Of a stretch of DNA of 64,000 nt, positions 21,274-31,331 are shown in pieces. How positions within the stretch are numbered: position 1 is the stretch's first letter; the number at the start of each line of letters is the position of its first letter. The stretch covers positions 1,408,001 through 1,472,000 of the forward strand of contig JBMNJT010000002.1 of assembly GCA_050951805.1 (NCBI GenBank). The letters run 5' to 3'. The translations under genes and the position numbers were made by a program. The notes under the pieces were generated by a model. It was not told the origin of the DNA, made no database searches, and saw nothing but the letters and a program-made list of their open reading frames with translations. The stretch comes from Bacillota bacterium. GTDB taxonomy: Bacteria; Bacillota; DTU025.

Positions 21274-22296
21274 TCACAAGATGAGCATAGCATCGCCAAA
21301 TGAAAAAAAGCGATAGCGTTCAGCGACGGCCTCGCGATACGCGCTGAGTATGAACTCCCTGCCGGCAAAGGCTGATACCATCATCACCAGAGTCGACTTA
21401 GGAAGATGAAAGTTCGTAACCATGGCGTCGACTGCGCGAAAGGTGTATCCGGGATATATGAATATGCTTGTCCACCCCTCGCCCGGGGCGATGGTCCCGT
21501 CAGGCCGGGCAACAGTCTCCAACGTTCTAACGCTCGTTGTTCCAACCGCCACTACTCGGCCTCCCGAAGCTCTTGCCTCATTAATGGCATCTGCAGCTTC
21601 CTTCGATACATGATAGTGCTCTGAGTGCATTACGTGCTCCTCGACAACCTCTGTCTTTACAGGACGGAAAGTACCAAGCCCCACATGGAGAGTGACACGG
21701 ACGATTACGACTCCGCAGCTTGCGATCTCGTCCAAAAGCTCCGGCGTAAAATGAAGCCCTGCTGTTGGCGCCGCAGCAGAACCCCTCTCGCGGGCGTACA
21801 CAGTCTGATACCTCTCAGCGTCCTTCAGGTCAGTCTTTATGTAATGGGGCACGGGCATCTCCCCTATCTCATCAACCACCTTGTCAACGCCCTCGATCGC
21901 CTCAAACGACACCACGCGTCCCCCATATTCCGTCTTATCGAGAACAGTGCCGATCATGCGGCCCTTGCCAAATGACAGTTTTTCGCCGACATGAGCACGC
22001 TTACCCGGTCTCGCCAGGCATTCCCACACATCTGCCTCTATCTCCTGGAGCAGCAAGAGTTCTACTTTGCCGCCTGTGCTTCTCGTGCCCCAGAGCCTGG
22101 CCGGGATTACCCTTGTATCGTTCAGGACCAAGACATCGCCTGAATGCAGGAATTCTGGAAGGTCGCAGAAGCTCCTGTGCTCAATTGAGTTGTCCTCTCT
22201 TCTCAACACCATGAGCCGGGACGCATCCCTCCGCTCTATCGGTGTCTGCGCAATGAGTTCTTCAGGAAGCTCATAGTCGAAATCCTCTACCCTCAT
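21274..22296 (-). CDS. queA: S-adenosylmethionine:tRNA ribosyltransferase-isomerase
   Basis: [41 protein letters not shown]. Confidence 0.98.
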   Translation of the reverse strand: MRVEDFDYELPEELIAQTPIERRDASRLMVLRREDNSIEHRSFCDLPEFLHSGDVLVLNDTRVIPARLWGTRSTGGKVELLLLQEIEADVWECLARPGKRAHVGEKLSFGKGRMIGTVLDKTEYGGRVVSFEAIEGVDKVVDEIGEMPVPHYIKTDLKDAERYQTVYARERGSAAAPTAGLHFTPELLDEIASCGVVIVRVTLHVGLGTFRPVKTEVVEEHVMHSEHYHVSKEAADAINEARASGGRVVAVGTTSVRTLETVARPDGTIAPGEGWTSIFIYPGYTFRAVDAMVTNFHLPKSTLVMMVSAFAGREFILSAYREAVAERYRFFSFGDAMLIL

Positions 22297-22431
22297 ATGT
22301 ATATCCCTTCTCCGGCCCATCTGTGGCAGCCTCAAATCAGGACATTTGAACAGGCCGATCCGACCGCAGCTGCAAGCTGTCTACAGCCGCAACACTCGGC
22401 ATTTCCCGAGCTTGAAACGCCGTTAGCAACC

Positions 22432-23316
22432 TTACTCCGAATACCCCAGCCTGTCAAGGATAGCCTCGTCATCTCGCCATCCACGTCTCACTTTGACCCA
22501 TGTCTTCAAGTTGATCTGCGAACCAAGCAGGCGCTCAGCCTCAAGCCTGGCACGTGCGCCCGCCTCCTTCAGCACGCTACCGCCGGCCCCAATCACAATG
22601 CCTTTCTGAGATTCACGGTCAACGTATACGGTCGCACTTACATCAACGATATCCCGATCTTCCCTGGGGATCATCTCCTCAACTACCACAGCTATGGAAT
22701 GAGGCACCTCCTCGCGGGTCAACTCGAGAAGCTTCTCGCGAATGAGCTCAGCGATGAAAAACTCCTCCGGACGGTCTACAACCATATCGGGAGGATAGTA
22801 CATGGGCCCTTCAGGCATTGCATCGGCGATCTCACCAATGAAGCCCTCAAGATTCTCTCCTGTTTCCGCAGAGAGGATCTTGACGCGGTCAAACTCGCCA
22901 AGCGCACGGCAGGCGCGCTCTGAAACCGCCAACGTCTCCTCATCTACAAGGTCTTTCTTGTTTATGACGAGCCATGCAGGGGTCCCAAGATCCCTTATGT
23001 ACGACGCAACAGTCCTGTCGTCATCTCGGGCAGGAGACGTGGCATCAGTCACAAAGAGTATGAGATCTACCTCCTCCATAGCTGTTCTTGCGGCTTGGAC
23101 CATCCTTTTTCCAAGGCCGTGATGGGGTTTGTGTATTCCAGGCGTGTCAATGAAGATTACCTGCGCGTCAGGGAGATTGGCTATAGCATTTATCCGGTTT
23201 CGAGTTGTTTGACGCTTATCAGAAACTATCGAGACTTTGGTCCCGATCAGACGATTCAGAAGAGTCGACTTGCCTACATTAGGTTTGCCTACTATTGCTG
23301 TAAATCCCGACTTCAA
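22432..23316 (-). CDS. era: GTPase Era
   Basis: GKPNVGKS, QTTR, DTPG, NKKD and a KH domain (GIVIGAGG). Confidence 0.97.
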   Translation of the reverse strand: MKSGFTAIVGKPNVGKSTLLNRLIGTKVSIVSDKRQTTRNRINAIANLPDAQVIFIDTPGIHKPHHGLGKRMVQAARTAMEEVDLILFVTDATSPARDDDRTVASYIRDLGTPAWLVINKKDLVDEETLAVSERACRALGEFDRVKILSAETGENLEGFIGEIADAMPEGPMYYPPDMVVDRPEEFFIAELIREKLLELTREEVPHSIAVVVEEMIPREDRDIVDVSATVYVDRESQKGIVIGAGGSVLKEAGARARLEAERLLGSQINLKTWVKVRRGWRDDEAILDRLGYSE

Positions 23317-23757
23317 CTACTCCATATCCTCCGATGTGAAGGCCGCTGGAAGCAGCTCACGCACGGTCATAGTTGAACGCGCTTCACCTTCTCCGGCCAT
23401 GATTATTGGAATATCGAGACCAAACTCCGCCATGAACTGGCGACAGATCCCGCACGGGCTAATCGGTGTAGGCGTGTCTCCACACACCGCAACTCCAAGA
23501 AATCCCCTCTCCCCTTCAGAAATCGCCTTCACAAAAGCGGTCCGCTCTGCACATATGGTTCCGCCGTACGAAGCGTTCTCCACATTGCAGCCCGCATATA
23601 TCCGTCCGCTTTCAGCGAGGACTGCGGCCCCTACTCTGAAGCCCGAATACGGAACATAGGCCGCTTCCCGCGCCTCGCGTGCGGCCCGGACAAGCATTTC
23701 TTCAGCATCTGCTGACAGAACGCGCGCCTCATCTGTGCCTGTGGCACTGCCTGACAC
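23317..23757 (-). CDS. cdd: Cytidine deaminase
   Basis: PYSGFRVGAA, NVENASY, CAER, PCGICRQ. Confidence 0.96.
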   Translation of the reverse strand: MSGSATGTDEARVLSADAEEMLVRAAREAREAAYVPYSGFRVGAAVLAESGRIYAGCNVENASYGGTICAERTAFVKAISEGERGFLGVAVCGDTPTPISPCGICRQFMAEFGLDIPIIMAGEGEARSTMTVRELLPAAFTSEDME

Positions 23758-23759
23758 TT

Positions 23760-24818
23760 TTATCCACCCCCGAGTTCACCTTGCCCAGAATTGATTTCAA
23801 CCATGTTCGCCTCCGACACGATCTGTACCCACGTATTCCCGGGGCACAGCTCTATCGGCGTCCCTGTTTCCGCAACATAAACCGCAGGATCAGTCGTGCC
23901 TGACAGACGTACCCACCGGCCGCACATCACTTCCCCCGCACTAAGCGCCACCACCTCTCCGGAACCAACAAGTTCCATAGAGAGCCTACCTTCGTCGTCG
24001 AGGACTCTAGTTGGCACTACCTCAATGATGACGTTTGCCGCAGCAATCTGCTGTCCGGTATTGGCATCCACATGAGGCTTCTTGTTGATTGAACGCAGCC
24101 ATAAACTCGTTTTTGCATCGTATTCCCATTGCACTGAGTATCCAGGCGAATACCTTATGGTCACTTCAATCGGATTGCTATTACCGCGAGCTTCCCGCTT
24201 TCGGAATACATATCCTGATTCCGCAAAATCCGTTCTATAACCCATTCGCCGAGCACAATCCAGAATTGACTCGGCCTTCGCATACAGATTATGTGGAACG
24301 CGCCTGGTGTTGTCGCGGTAGAAAGCGCTTCCCTGAACAAGCTCGTTGACAGATGGGTAATTCGACTCGGCAATAATGGCAAGAGCTTCCTGGCTGCCTC
24401 CACAATGGGCTAATACCGTTCCGTGGCCAGACGCGATGTCCACAATGTACGGGCGGACGCTTCTTATGGGGCCAATCTCGACAGATGAGCGACCTGAGTA
24501 GAAGGCAAGGAAGCGCGTAATGCCTCCCTCTGCCAACATCTCATAGACTATCGAGGCGGCTCCAAGACCACGCTGGGGCCTTGCAGCCGGCGCATTTTCG
24601 ATGACCGCGGCAAAGTACTCTGCATCCTGCAACGGCGGCAAGCCTGTCAGAGGATCGACCCGAATAGATTGATCTGCTTCGTCCTGGCGAAAAAACGACC
24701 CGGGCGATGCGCCCCTTCCGATACGCTTCGCCTCATGCCAAAACCTTATAAACGCTACTCCGGCAGTGATGACAAGAAAAACGACAAGCAAGATTTGCCA
24801 TCGCCGGGGCCTCACCAC
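23760..24818 (-). CDS. DUF3048/YerB-like membrane-anchored protein
   Basis: N-terminal TM, PLTGLP, IENAPAARPQ.GL, EGGITRF, IGPIRS.R, PHNLY. Confidence 0.8.
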   Translation of the reverse strand: MVRPRRWQILLVVFLVITAGVAFIRFWHEAKRIGRGASPGSFFRQDEADQSIRVDPLTGLPPLQDAEYFAAVIENAPAARPQRGLGAASIVYEMLAEGGITRFLAFYSGRSSVEIGPIRSVRPYIVDIASGHGTVLAHCGGSQEALAIIAESNYPSVNELVQGSAFYRDNTRRVPHNLYAKAESILDCARRMGYRTDFAESGYVFRKREARGNSNPIEVTIRYSPGYSVQWEYDAKTSLWLRSINKKPHVDANTGQQIAAANVIIEVVPTRVLDDEGRLSMELVGSGEVVALSAGEVMCGRWVRLSGTTDPAVYVAETGTPIELCPGNTWVQIVSEANMVEINSGQGELGGG

Positions 24819-25846
24819 TGAAGGCCTCCCTTATGATACGCTGAAAGGACGAGGCTTGACTCGCGCTTTATCTCGAGCCGCTTTCCAGTTTTGGCAAACT
24901 CCGACGCCATCGGCCTAAGAGCCCGCTCAAGCGCGTATGGGTTTCCAACAGCGTATATACGTATTGGGTTAACTGCAACCGGCCGCTGGTTTACCAGAAC
25001 TATCGGACCTATGCATCTTATTGAAGAGGTAGAGATTATTCGCTCGCCCCCAACTTGGGCCCCACGGGCGCCTGCCGCAAAAAGCCTATCCAGAATCTCT
25101 GAAACATCCCTCTGATGGACGATCTCGTCAAAACCGTAGCCTGAAGGAGCATCATAAGCCAAGACTATCACGCCTTCACCCTCCAACTCAGAAAGTCCAG
25201 CGGCCTCTCTAATCTCGTCCATTTCTTCATGGATGGAGTCAATCTCACGGGCAAGCAAATCTGCTTGGGTTGCGAGATCGCCCGTATCAAAGGAGATTCC
25301 GGACTGGTCGATCACGACCTCGATGGCCGTAGGCGACCTGGCAATCAAAGGATCCGCGCTCAGAGCTTCGCGAGTGGCGGCTCCCAGGACGTTCTGCCTA
25401 TCTTGGACTTGCGATTCGGATGCCCCGGGGGTTATCAGGATGTACGCACCCTTCCCTGTGTAGCCTTGAACCCCACTGTCCGAACTGAGCAACTCCAGAA
25501 CCCGCCCTCTCGCGCTGGAAAGGCGATCCGACTGAACGGCCTCGTGAAGATCAGCAGCAGCCTGTGCAAGCTCACGCCCGATATCCTCAACGTTGCGCGC
25601 AGCAATCAAATTCTGGGCTGCAGCGGTCAGGACCGGCTCTGCACTCCCAATCCCCGCAAACTCGTCCCTTTCAAGCATTGTCCTTTGCATGTCCACGTAA
25701 CCCATGGCACCAAGCCTGGCCATGTCGAGCGCCGTCAACTCCCCAGGCAGTCTTATGAGTCCAACATATCGTCCTATGACAAGAGCGTCAAACAGAAGCA
25801 CAATCGACGCAAGCAAAAGCAGGGCAAGCCAATCGAGTTCGCCCAT
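24812..25846 (-). CDS. DUF881-like membrane-anchored protein (paralog 2)
   Basis: N-terminal TM and C-terminal AGLSELEGEGV, VHQRDV, LFAAGA..A, SSIRCIGP.VLVN, AVGNP. The start is uncertain; the ORF is open to 25930. Confidence 0.78.
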   Translation of the reverse strand: MGELDWLALLLLASIVLLFDALVIGRYVGLIRLPGELTALDMARLGAMGYVDMQRTMLERDEFAGIGSAEPVLTAAAQNLIAARNVEDIGRELAQAAADLHEAVQSDRLSSARGRVLELLSSDSGVQGYTGKGAYILITPGASESQVQDRQNVLGAATREALSADPLIARSPTAIEVVIDQSGISFDTGDLATQADLLAREIDSIHEEMDEIREAAGLSELEGEGVIVLAYDAPSGYGFDEIVHQRDVSEILDRLFAAGARGAQVGGERIISTSSIRCIGPIVLVNQRPVAVNPIRIYAVGNPYALERALRPMASEFAKTGKRLEIKRESSLVLSAYHKGGLQW

Positions 25847-25892
25847 TCTGACAACTCTCGGCCTTCTTACCTTTCGCCACTTGACCGGTTGA

Positions 25893-26963
25893 TCATTGGG
25901 CGCGGTACGGCGATAAGCTAATGTTGTCATACCGCTCCACTTCCACTCTGATCCCCCATCGCTTGAGGGAGTTTTTTATCAGATCGAGGCTGCTCTCAAG
26001 CACCTGCGGATCTCCTACAGCCTTGATCACAACTGGGTTGACCGGTATCGGCTTCTGGTTTACAAGGATCTGCGGACCTGCAGAACGAATCGACGACGTG
26101 GCCACAAGCCTCTGCCCGCCGACCTCAATCCCTTGCGCTCCTGCAGCATACAGCTCGTTCACAGCGTCGCGAACATCCTTATCCTGCACTACTTCGTCAC
26201 TTGTAAACCCACCTTCAGCATCGTACATCGACACGAGAATACCCGAACCTGACAGCGCCGAATATCCCGCAGCACGCCTCAACTCATCCAGAGAAAGCCT
26301 GAGGGAGTCAGTCTCGTCGCGCAATAGGCGCACCCTATCTTGCATCGTTCGTGGGGTAATGACGTTTGCCTTGCCACCCGCGATTTCGATGTCTATCGGC
26401 GCGGCTAGATCAGTTAAGACTGGGCTCTTCTGAATTGCGTCTATTGCCGAAAGCGATAGGACGTGAGCGGTATCCTCAACTACGATCCTTCCATCCTGTC
26501 CTGCAGAGACGGTTATCATCGCCTGACCCGTAACCGCAATCACCTGCGGGTCGGAATTGACTATGGCGAGTACCGCCTCGCGCCTACGGTTCTCCTGCTC
26601 ACGCTCTATGACGTCGCCCGTTGCCCTTCCGTAGTATCCGATGATGTACGCGATGGACTCCGCGTCATTCGCCTTCGATACCTCGAACTTGAACTTGGCA
26701 AGAGCGTCCCTCACAGCCGTATTCCTATCAAGACCAAGCTTCACCGCTTGAGCCTCGTAGTAATCGGCAAGGGACATGGCCCCACGGCGAAGCAATTCCG
26801 TATTCGAGACCTCACCCGGAAAGCTAATGAGCTCTGCAGCACGGGCAAGTACCAGAATATTGACGAAGAGAAGAATTATTATTATTCCTGTAAGCCACTG
26901 TCTCTTCCTCCGAACCGACTTGGTCGTTTCAGCCTTCGATTTGGAAGCCATGTAAACGCTCAC
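25893..26963 (-). CDS. DUF881-like membrane-anchored protein (paralog 1)
   Basis: N-terminal TM; AGYSALSGSGI, VQDKDV..VNELYAAGA.GI, SSIRSAGP.ILVN, IKAVGDP. Confidence 0.8.
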   Translation of the reverse strand: MSVYMASKSKAETTKSVRRKRQWLTGIIIILLFVNILVLARAAELISFPGEVSNTELLRRGAMSLADYYEAQAVKLGLDRNTAVRDALAKFKFEVSKANDAESIAYIIGYYGRATGDVIEREQENRRREAVLAIVNSDPQVIAVTGQAMITVSAGQDGRIVVEDTAHVLSLSAIDAIQKSPVLTDLAAPIDIEIAGGKANVITPRTMQDRVRLLRDETDSLRLSLDELRRAAGYSALSGSGILVSMYDAEGGFTSDEVVQDKDVRDAVNELYAAGAQGIEVGGQRLVATSSIRSAGPQILVNQKPIPVNPVVIKAVGDPQVLESSLDLIKNSLKRWGIRVEVERYDNISLSPYRAQ

Positions 26964-26964
26964 C

Positions 26965-27357
26965 TCATCTCAACCGTGACAAGATTGCACTAAACATCTT
27001 AGGGCCGAGTATGATAGCTCCCACTATGGCCGCTCCAACAGCCGACACCAACACGGCGCCGGCAGCGACATTCTTTGCCTCAGCCGCCAGCGGATGATAT
27101 TCGCTGGTGACCAGATCCACGCAGTGCTCAATAGCAGTATTCACCATCTCCGCGGTAATAACCATTGCAACAGCTAAAGCGATTATGCCCGCCTCCTGGA
27201 CACTCAGCTTAAAAAGGATTGAGACTATTCCAACTGCTACAGCTGCGATCCAATGCACGCGAATATTCCGTTCGCTCCTGAACGCCTGTGAAATCCCTAT
27301 CCCGGCATACCTAAAGCTCTCGCGTAAATTGCGCGCTTTCAAAGCATCCGCCCCCAC
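26965..27357 (-). CDS. dgkA: Diacylglycerol/undecaprenol kinase family protein
   Basis: SF.YA..GI, ERNIRVH, EMVNTAIE..VD, AKNVAAGAVL. Confidence 0.93.
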   Translation of the reverse strand: MGADALKARNLRESFRYAGIGISQAFRSERNIRVHWIAAVAVGIVSILFKLSVQEAGIIALAVAMVITAEMVNTAIEHCVDLVTSEYHPLAAEAKNVAAGAVLVSAVGAAIVGAIILGPKMFSAILSRLR

Positions 27358-27906
27358 CTAGCGCGGCAGGCCTATCCGGTTCATCACCGATTCCTCTAAC
27401 CCTCTCATGCGCGCCGCGTCCTCATCATTTTCGTGATCGTAGCCCGAAAGATGCAGTACGCCGTGGACTGTGAGGTAACAGACTTCCCTGGAGAGAGAAT
27501 GTCCGTAGTCTTTAGCCTGGCTCTCGGCGCGTTCCAGCGATATGACTATATCGCCTAAGAGAACGTCTTCTTCTGCCGCGAATTCGTAATCCATCCCCTC
27601 GTATTCAGTAGGAGGAATGACGTTGGGCCAATCAGGGCACTCCGTTATTTCAGCACACTCGTCGTCCGCAATCAGCGCGTCTGGATCCTCCAGGGGAAAG
27701 GAAAGGACATCCGTTGGAGCCTGTATCCCCCTGTAAGTTTCGTTCAATCGGGCAATTTCTGCGTCATCAACAAAGCTCACATCTACTTCATAGTTGTCGT
27801 CTCCTAAGACTGTCTGTAGCGCTATCAAAACCGCCTCCTCCACCTGGGCCTCTAGTTCATCTGTGACTTCGACTTTGTCTTGCCTGTTCAAGATCTCAGC
27901 AGGCAT
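27358..27906 (-). CDS. ybeY: rRNA maturation endoribonuclease YbeY (with acidic insertion)
   Basis: LNETYR, TDVLSFP, LGDIVIS, HGVLHLSGYDH. Confidence 0.96.
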   Translation of the reverse strand: MPAEILNRQDKVEVTDELEAQVEEAVLIALQTVLGDDNYEVDVSFVDDAEIARLNETYRGIQAPTDVLSFPLEDPDALIADDECAEITECPDWPNVIPPTEYEGMDYEFAAEEDVLLGDIVISLERAESQAKDYGHSLSREVCYLTVHGVLHLSGYDHENDEDAARMRGLEESVMNRIGLPR

Positions 27907-27939
27907 CTCCGTCCCCTCCGCATGCTTTTTCGGAGCACT

Positions 27940-30156
27940 TCATCTCTCGACCCTATTATCTCCATGTTCGGGCGAGGACTCACCCGCCCCGTCCTGTGCC
28001 GCCGCCTTCACCTCTTCCCGCTCTCGATCCGTCCCTGGCTCGTGCGGAGGCAACTCAGGGTATTCAACGCGCTCGTGGTATACTCCACTTAGTACACTGA
28101 TAAAAGCTCGTTCAATCTCGCTCAGCTCTCTCAGAGTGAGATCGCACTCATCAAGCTGACCGTCGGAGAGCTTGTCCTTGATAATCTTTCTCACGGTATT
28201 TTGGACTTGCCACGAAGATGGATTGGACATCGAACGCACAGCCGCTTCCACTGAATCCGCAAGCATCACGACGGCTGCCTCCCGCGTCTGAGGCTTTGGC
28301 CCCGGATACCTGAAATCCTTTTCATCAATGCAAAGATCCCGTTCGCTCTCGGCAGCTCTAGCATAGAAGAACAAAACCAGCCCGGTACCGTGGTGTTGCT
28401 GAATAATGCTGATGACTGGCGCAGGCAACTTGTACTGCCTTGCCAACTCGACGCCGTCCTTCACATGCGACGTTATCACCAACGTGGAAAGGGCCGGGCT
28501 TATCTTGTCGTGCGGATTGGCCTGAGCAAACTGGTTCTCCACGAAGAAATACGGGCGCTTCAATTTCCCGCAATCATGGTAAAGAGCACCCACTCGCACT
28601 AGCAGCGCATCGGCTTCAATGGCTTGAGCTGCCGTTTCAGCCAGGTTTCCCACGAGAATCGAATGGTGATAAGTTCCGGGGGCTTCCAAAAGAAGCCTTC
28701 TCAGAAGCGGATGACCAGGATTTGAAAGTTCAAGGAGACGAAGGGAGGATGATACCCCGAACAACGTCTCAAAAAACGGAAGCGATCCCAGCGTCATCAC
28801 GGTCGATATTATACCATTCACAAATCCCAAATACCACCTGGACACTATTTCCGGCTCACCAAATGCCAGCCCGTAACAGACTGATACTGCGGCAACCGCT
28901 GTTCCTACCGCCACGACCGCTCGAGTCATATTCGCCCTCTCATGAAGGTCATGCGCGGAGTACGCTCCTGCCGCTCCAGCTGCCAGTGAAGCCAGCATGG
29001 CAAACATGTTGCCCCTGAGTAACACTCCTACAAGGGCTGCCACAGACAAGTTGACAACAAGGGCCATCTCTAAAGATGCGAGAAACGAAATGATCATGGT
29101 GGCAAAGGCAGCTGGCACCAAATAGGCCGCGTAGTCAGGAGTCAAGTTCGCAAGAATGCTGGCAAGCAGTAAAACCAAGAGCCCCGCTATGGCAACCAGC
29201 GACAGCATTCCCTGTTCATTGGGCGCGTGCGCAGGAAAATTCTGGAGATAAATCGCTACGTACCCCACAGCGAGCGCTGTAGTGGAAATCACTCCCACCC
29301 AGCCAAGTATCGACCCACGGGCTCCGAGCAGGCCCAGATCTCTCAAAATCTCTATCGTCTCTTGCGTTGCCGGCTCGCCGCGCCTGATAATATTCTGCCC
29401 TTTCTGAACATAGACGGGCTGAACAAGATCAGCCTCTTCCTCCGCAGCTTTCTCCACTTTTGCAAGGCTTAGAGAGAGGTTGGGCCGAATCGCAGAAACG
29501 ACTATCCGCGAAATGGGCGCCACGTATTCAGGCGCAACACCCTTTTCCAGCAACGCCTCGGGAATACCCGCCGCAATCTCCTGCAGATTGGAATCGGTTA
29601 TTCGGTTCTCCCGCATTACACTGCCGACAAGCGCGACCGCAATATCCCGGGCGTCCTCGCGTTCAGCCTCATCCATTGATGCCAAAAGAGCAAGGTCCTC
29701 TGCAGACACCGAAATGCCCTCGCCATCATCGATTATGGCGGCCGCACGGCGACCGACCGCCGCCAGGTCTTCTTCATCAGGCATCTCGCTGCGCGCCGAA
29801 TCCACCGCGGAGAAGACAGACTCTACCGCTTCCTCGGACATGTAAGAGCATGACTGATTTATCTCGTAGTTGTCCGGGAAACTCGGAGCATTCTTCAAGT
29901 ATGTCTTCCGAGCCTCTTCCCTAAGCTTCTCAGTAGCAACACGATTCACAATTGTCCTTTGGGCCTGAATATCACGTTTCGCAAACTGCCCCTCTTCCAG
30001 CGTAACCGCCTGGGGTAACAGCGCCGATGCGACAATGAGAGACCCCAAAATCACCGTCGCCACAGCAACTGCAATCCTACTGCTCGCGAAGGTCTTAACG
30101 CTTGAGCCAAATCGCCTCGCGCTCTCTTTTCTAGACAGCTGTGCCAACGGCATCAC
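27940..30156 (-). CDS. pgpH: 7TM-HD family phosphohydrolase (PgpH-like c-di-AMP phosphodiesterase)
   Basis: Extracellular domain, multi-TM block, EAPGTYHHS, YHDCGK, FFVENQ, MLADSVEAA; located between phoH and ybeY. Confidence 0.88.
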   Translation of the reverse strand: MMPLAQLSRKESARRFGSSVKTFASSRIAVAVATVILGSLIVASALLPQAVTLEEGQFAKRDIQAQRTIVNRVATEKLREEARKTYLKNAPSFPDNYEINQSCSYMSEEAVESVFSAVDSARSEMPDEEDLAAVGRRAAAIIDDGEGISVSAEDLALLASMDEAEREDARDIAVALVGSVMRENRITDSNLQEIAAGIPEALLEKGVAPEYVAPISRIVVSAIRPNLSLSLAKVEKAAEEEADLVQPVYVQKGQNIIRRGEPATQETIEILRDLGLLGARGSILGWVGVISTTALAVGYVAIYLQNFPAHAPNEQGMLSLVAIAGLLVLLLASILANLTPDYAAYLVPAAFATMIISFLASLEMALVVNLSVAALVGVLLRGNMFAMLASLAAGAAGAYSAHDLHERANMTRAVVAVGTAVAAVSVCYGLAFGEPEIVSRWYLGFVNGIISTVMTLGSLPFFETLFGVSSSLRLLELSNPGHPLLRRLLLEAPGTYHHSILVGNLAETAAQAIEADALLVRVGALYHDCGKLKRPYFFVENQFAQANPHDKISPALSTLVITSHVKDGVELARQYKLPAPVISIIQQHHGTGLVLFFYARAAESERDLCIDEKDFRYPGPKPQTREAAVVMLADSVEAAVRSMSNPSSWQVQNTVRKIIKDKLSDGQLDECDLTLRELSEIERAFISVLSGVYHERVEYPELPPHEPGTDREREEVKAAAQDGAGESSPEHGDNRVER

Positions 30157-30182
30157 CCCTTCTCATTCCGTCTCCGCCATCT

Positions 30183-31193
30183 TTACTCTCCCCGGGACAG
30201 GTCGACACCGAGTTGCTCCTTCTTGGCCCTCTCAGCATCGTATCTCTCATAGGCCTGAACTATCTTTTGTACCAGCTCATGTCTGACAACGTCCTGGTCG
30301 TTCAGGTGGACGAACTCTATGCCATCCACTCCGGCAAGCACCATCTGAACATCTTCGAGGCCGGAAAACTTCCTGTTGGGGAGGTCTATCTGAGTAATAT
30401 CACCAGTAACCACTGCCTTTGAAGAGAACCCCAGACGAGTCAGGAACATCTTCATCTGCTCCGGCGTGGTATTCTGAGCCTCGTCAAGTATGATGAACGC
30501 GTCATCCAATGTCCTCCCGCGCATGTACGCAAGTGGCGCGATCTCAATTATGCCCTTTTCCTTGTAGCGCTCAAACATTTCGACACCGAGTATGTCAAAG
30601 AGGGCATCATATAGTGGCCGCAAGTAAGGGTCCACCTTTTCCTGCAAGTCGCCGGGGAGGAACCCGAGCTTCTCCCCCGCCTCCACAGCAGGGCGCGTAA
30701 GAATAATTCTGCTGACGTGCTTGGCCTTCAAAGCCGAAACAGCCATGGCCATCGCCAGATAAGTCTTGCCGGTTCCTGCCGGGCCAATGCAGAAGACTAT
30801 GTCATTCCTCCTCATTGCGTCCACGTAATGCTTCTGGCCTACAGTTCGCGGGCGAACCTGCTTTCCGCGGGCAGTAACCTGCACCACATCGCGCAATACA
30901 GAACAGAGTGTTTCAGGTCTTTCGTTCTGAGCGAGCATCACAGAGTACCTGGTTTCCCGGCCGGAAATGCGATTGCCCGCGCGTACAGCTGACTGCAAGT
31001 CGGAGAGGACCCGCATTACCTTGCTGACAGAATCCTCCGGCCCTATTACAGTCACATCATTGGCACGGGCTACTATTTTGCATTCGAGAAGTTCCTCGAC
31101 TAGCCTTAGATTCTCGTCCCGGTTACCGAAAAGTGCAGCTGCCTCTGAATTATCATTGGTGCAGAACCTAGCTTCAACAACCGGATTGCTCAA
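30183..31193 (-). CDS. phoH: PhoH family ATPase
   Basis: GPAGTGKT, RPAVEAGE, AYMRGRT, DEAQN, GDITQIDLP. Confidence 0.96.
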   Translation of the reverse strand: MSNPVVEARFCTNDNSEAAALFGNRDENLRLVEELLECKIVARANDVTVIGPEDSVSKVMRVLSDLQSAVRAGNRISGRETRYSVMLAQNERPETLCSVLRDVVQVTARGKQVRPRTVGQKHYVDAMRRNDIVFCIGPAGTGKTYLAMAMAVSALKAKHVSRIILTRPAVEAGEKLGFLPGDLQEKVDPYLRPLYDALFDILGVEMFERYKEKGIIEIAPLAYMRGRTLDDAFIILDEAQNTTPEQMKMFLTRLGFSSKAVVTGDITQIDLPNRKFSGLEDVQMVLAGVDGIEFVHLNDQDVVRHELVQKIVQAYERYDAERAKKEQLGVDLSRGE

Positions 31194-31331
31194 ATGAGAT
31201 TACTCCCTCCTTCTCACAGTTGATGCGAAATAGCAATAGCCTTGCTAGAAAACATCATCGTCTCAAATATGCAGAAACCGCGCTTGCCCCTGCCACTTCA
31301 TCGTCATATAGTTCAGCTATAACATGACCAC

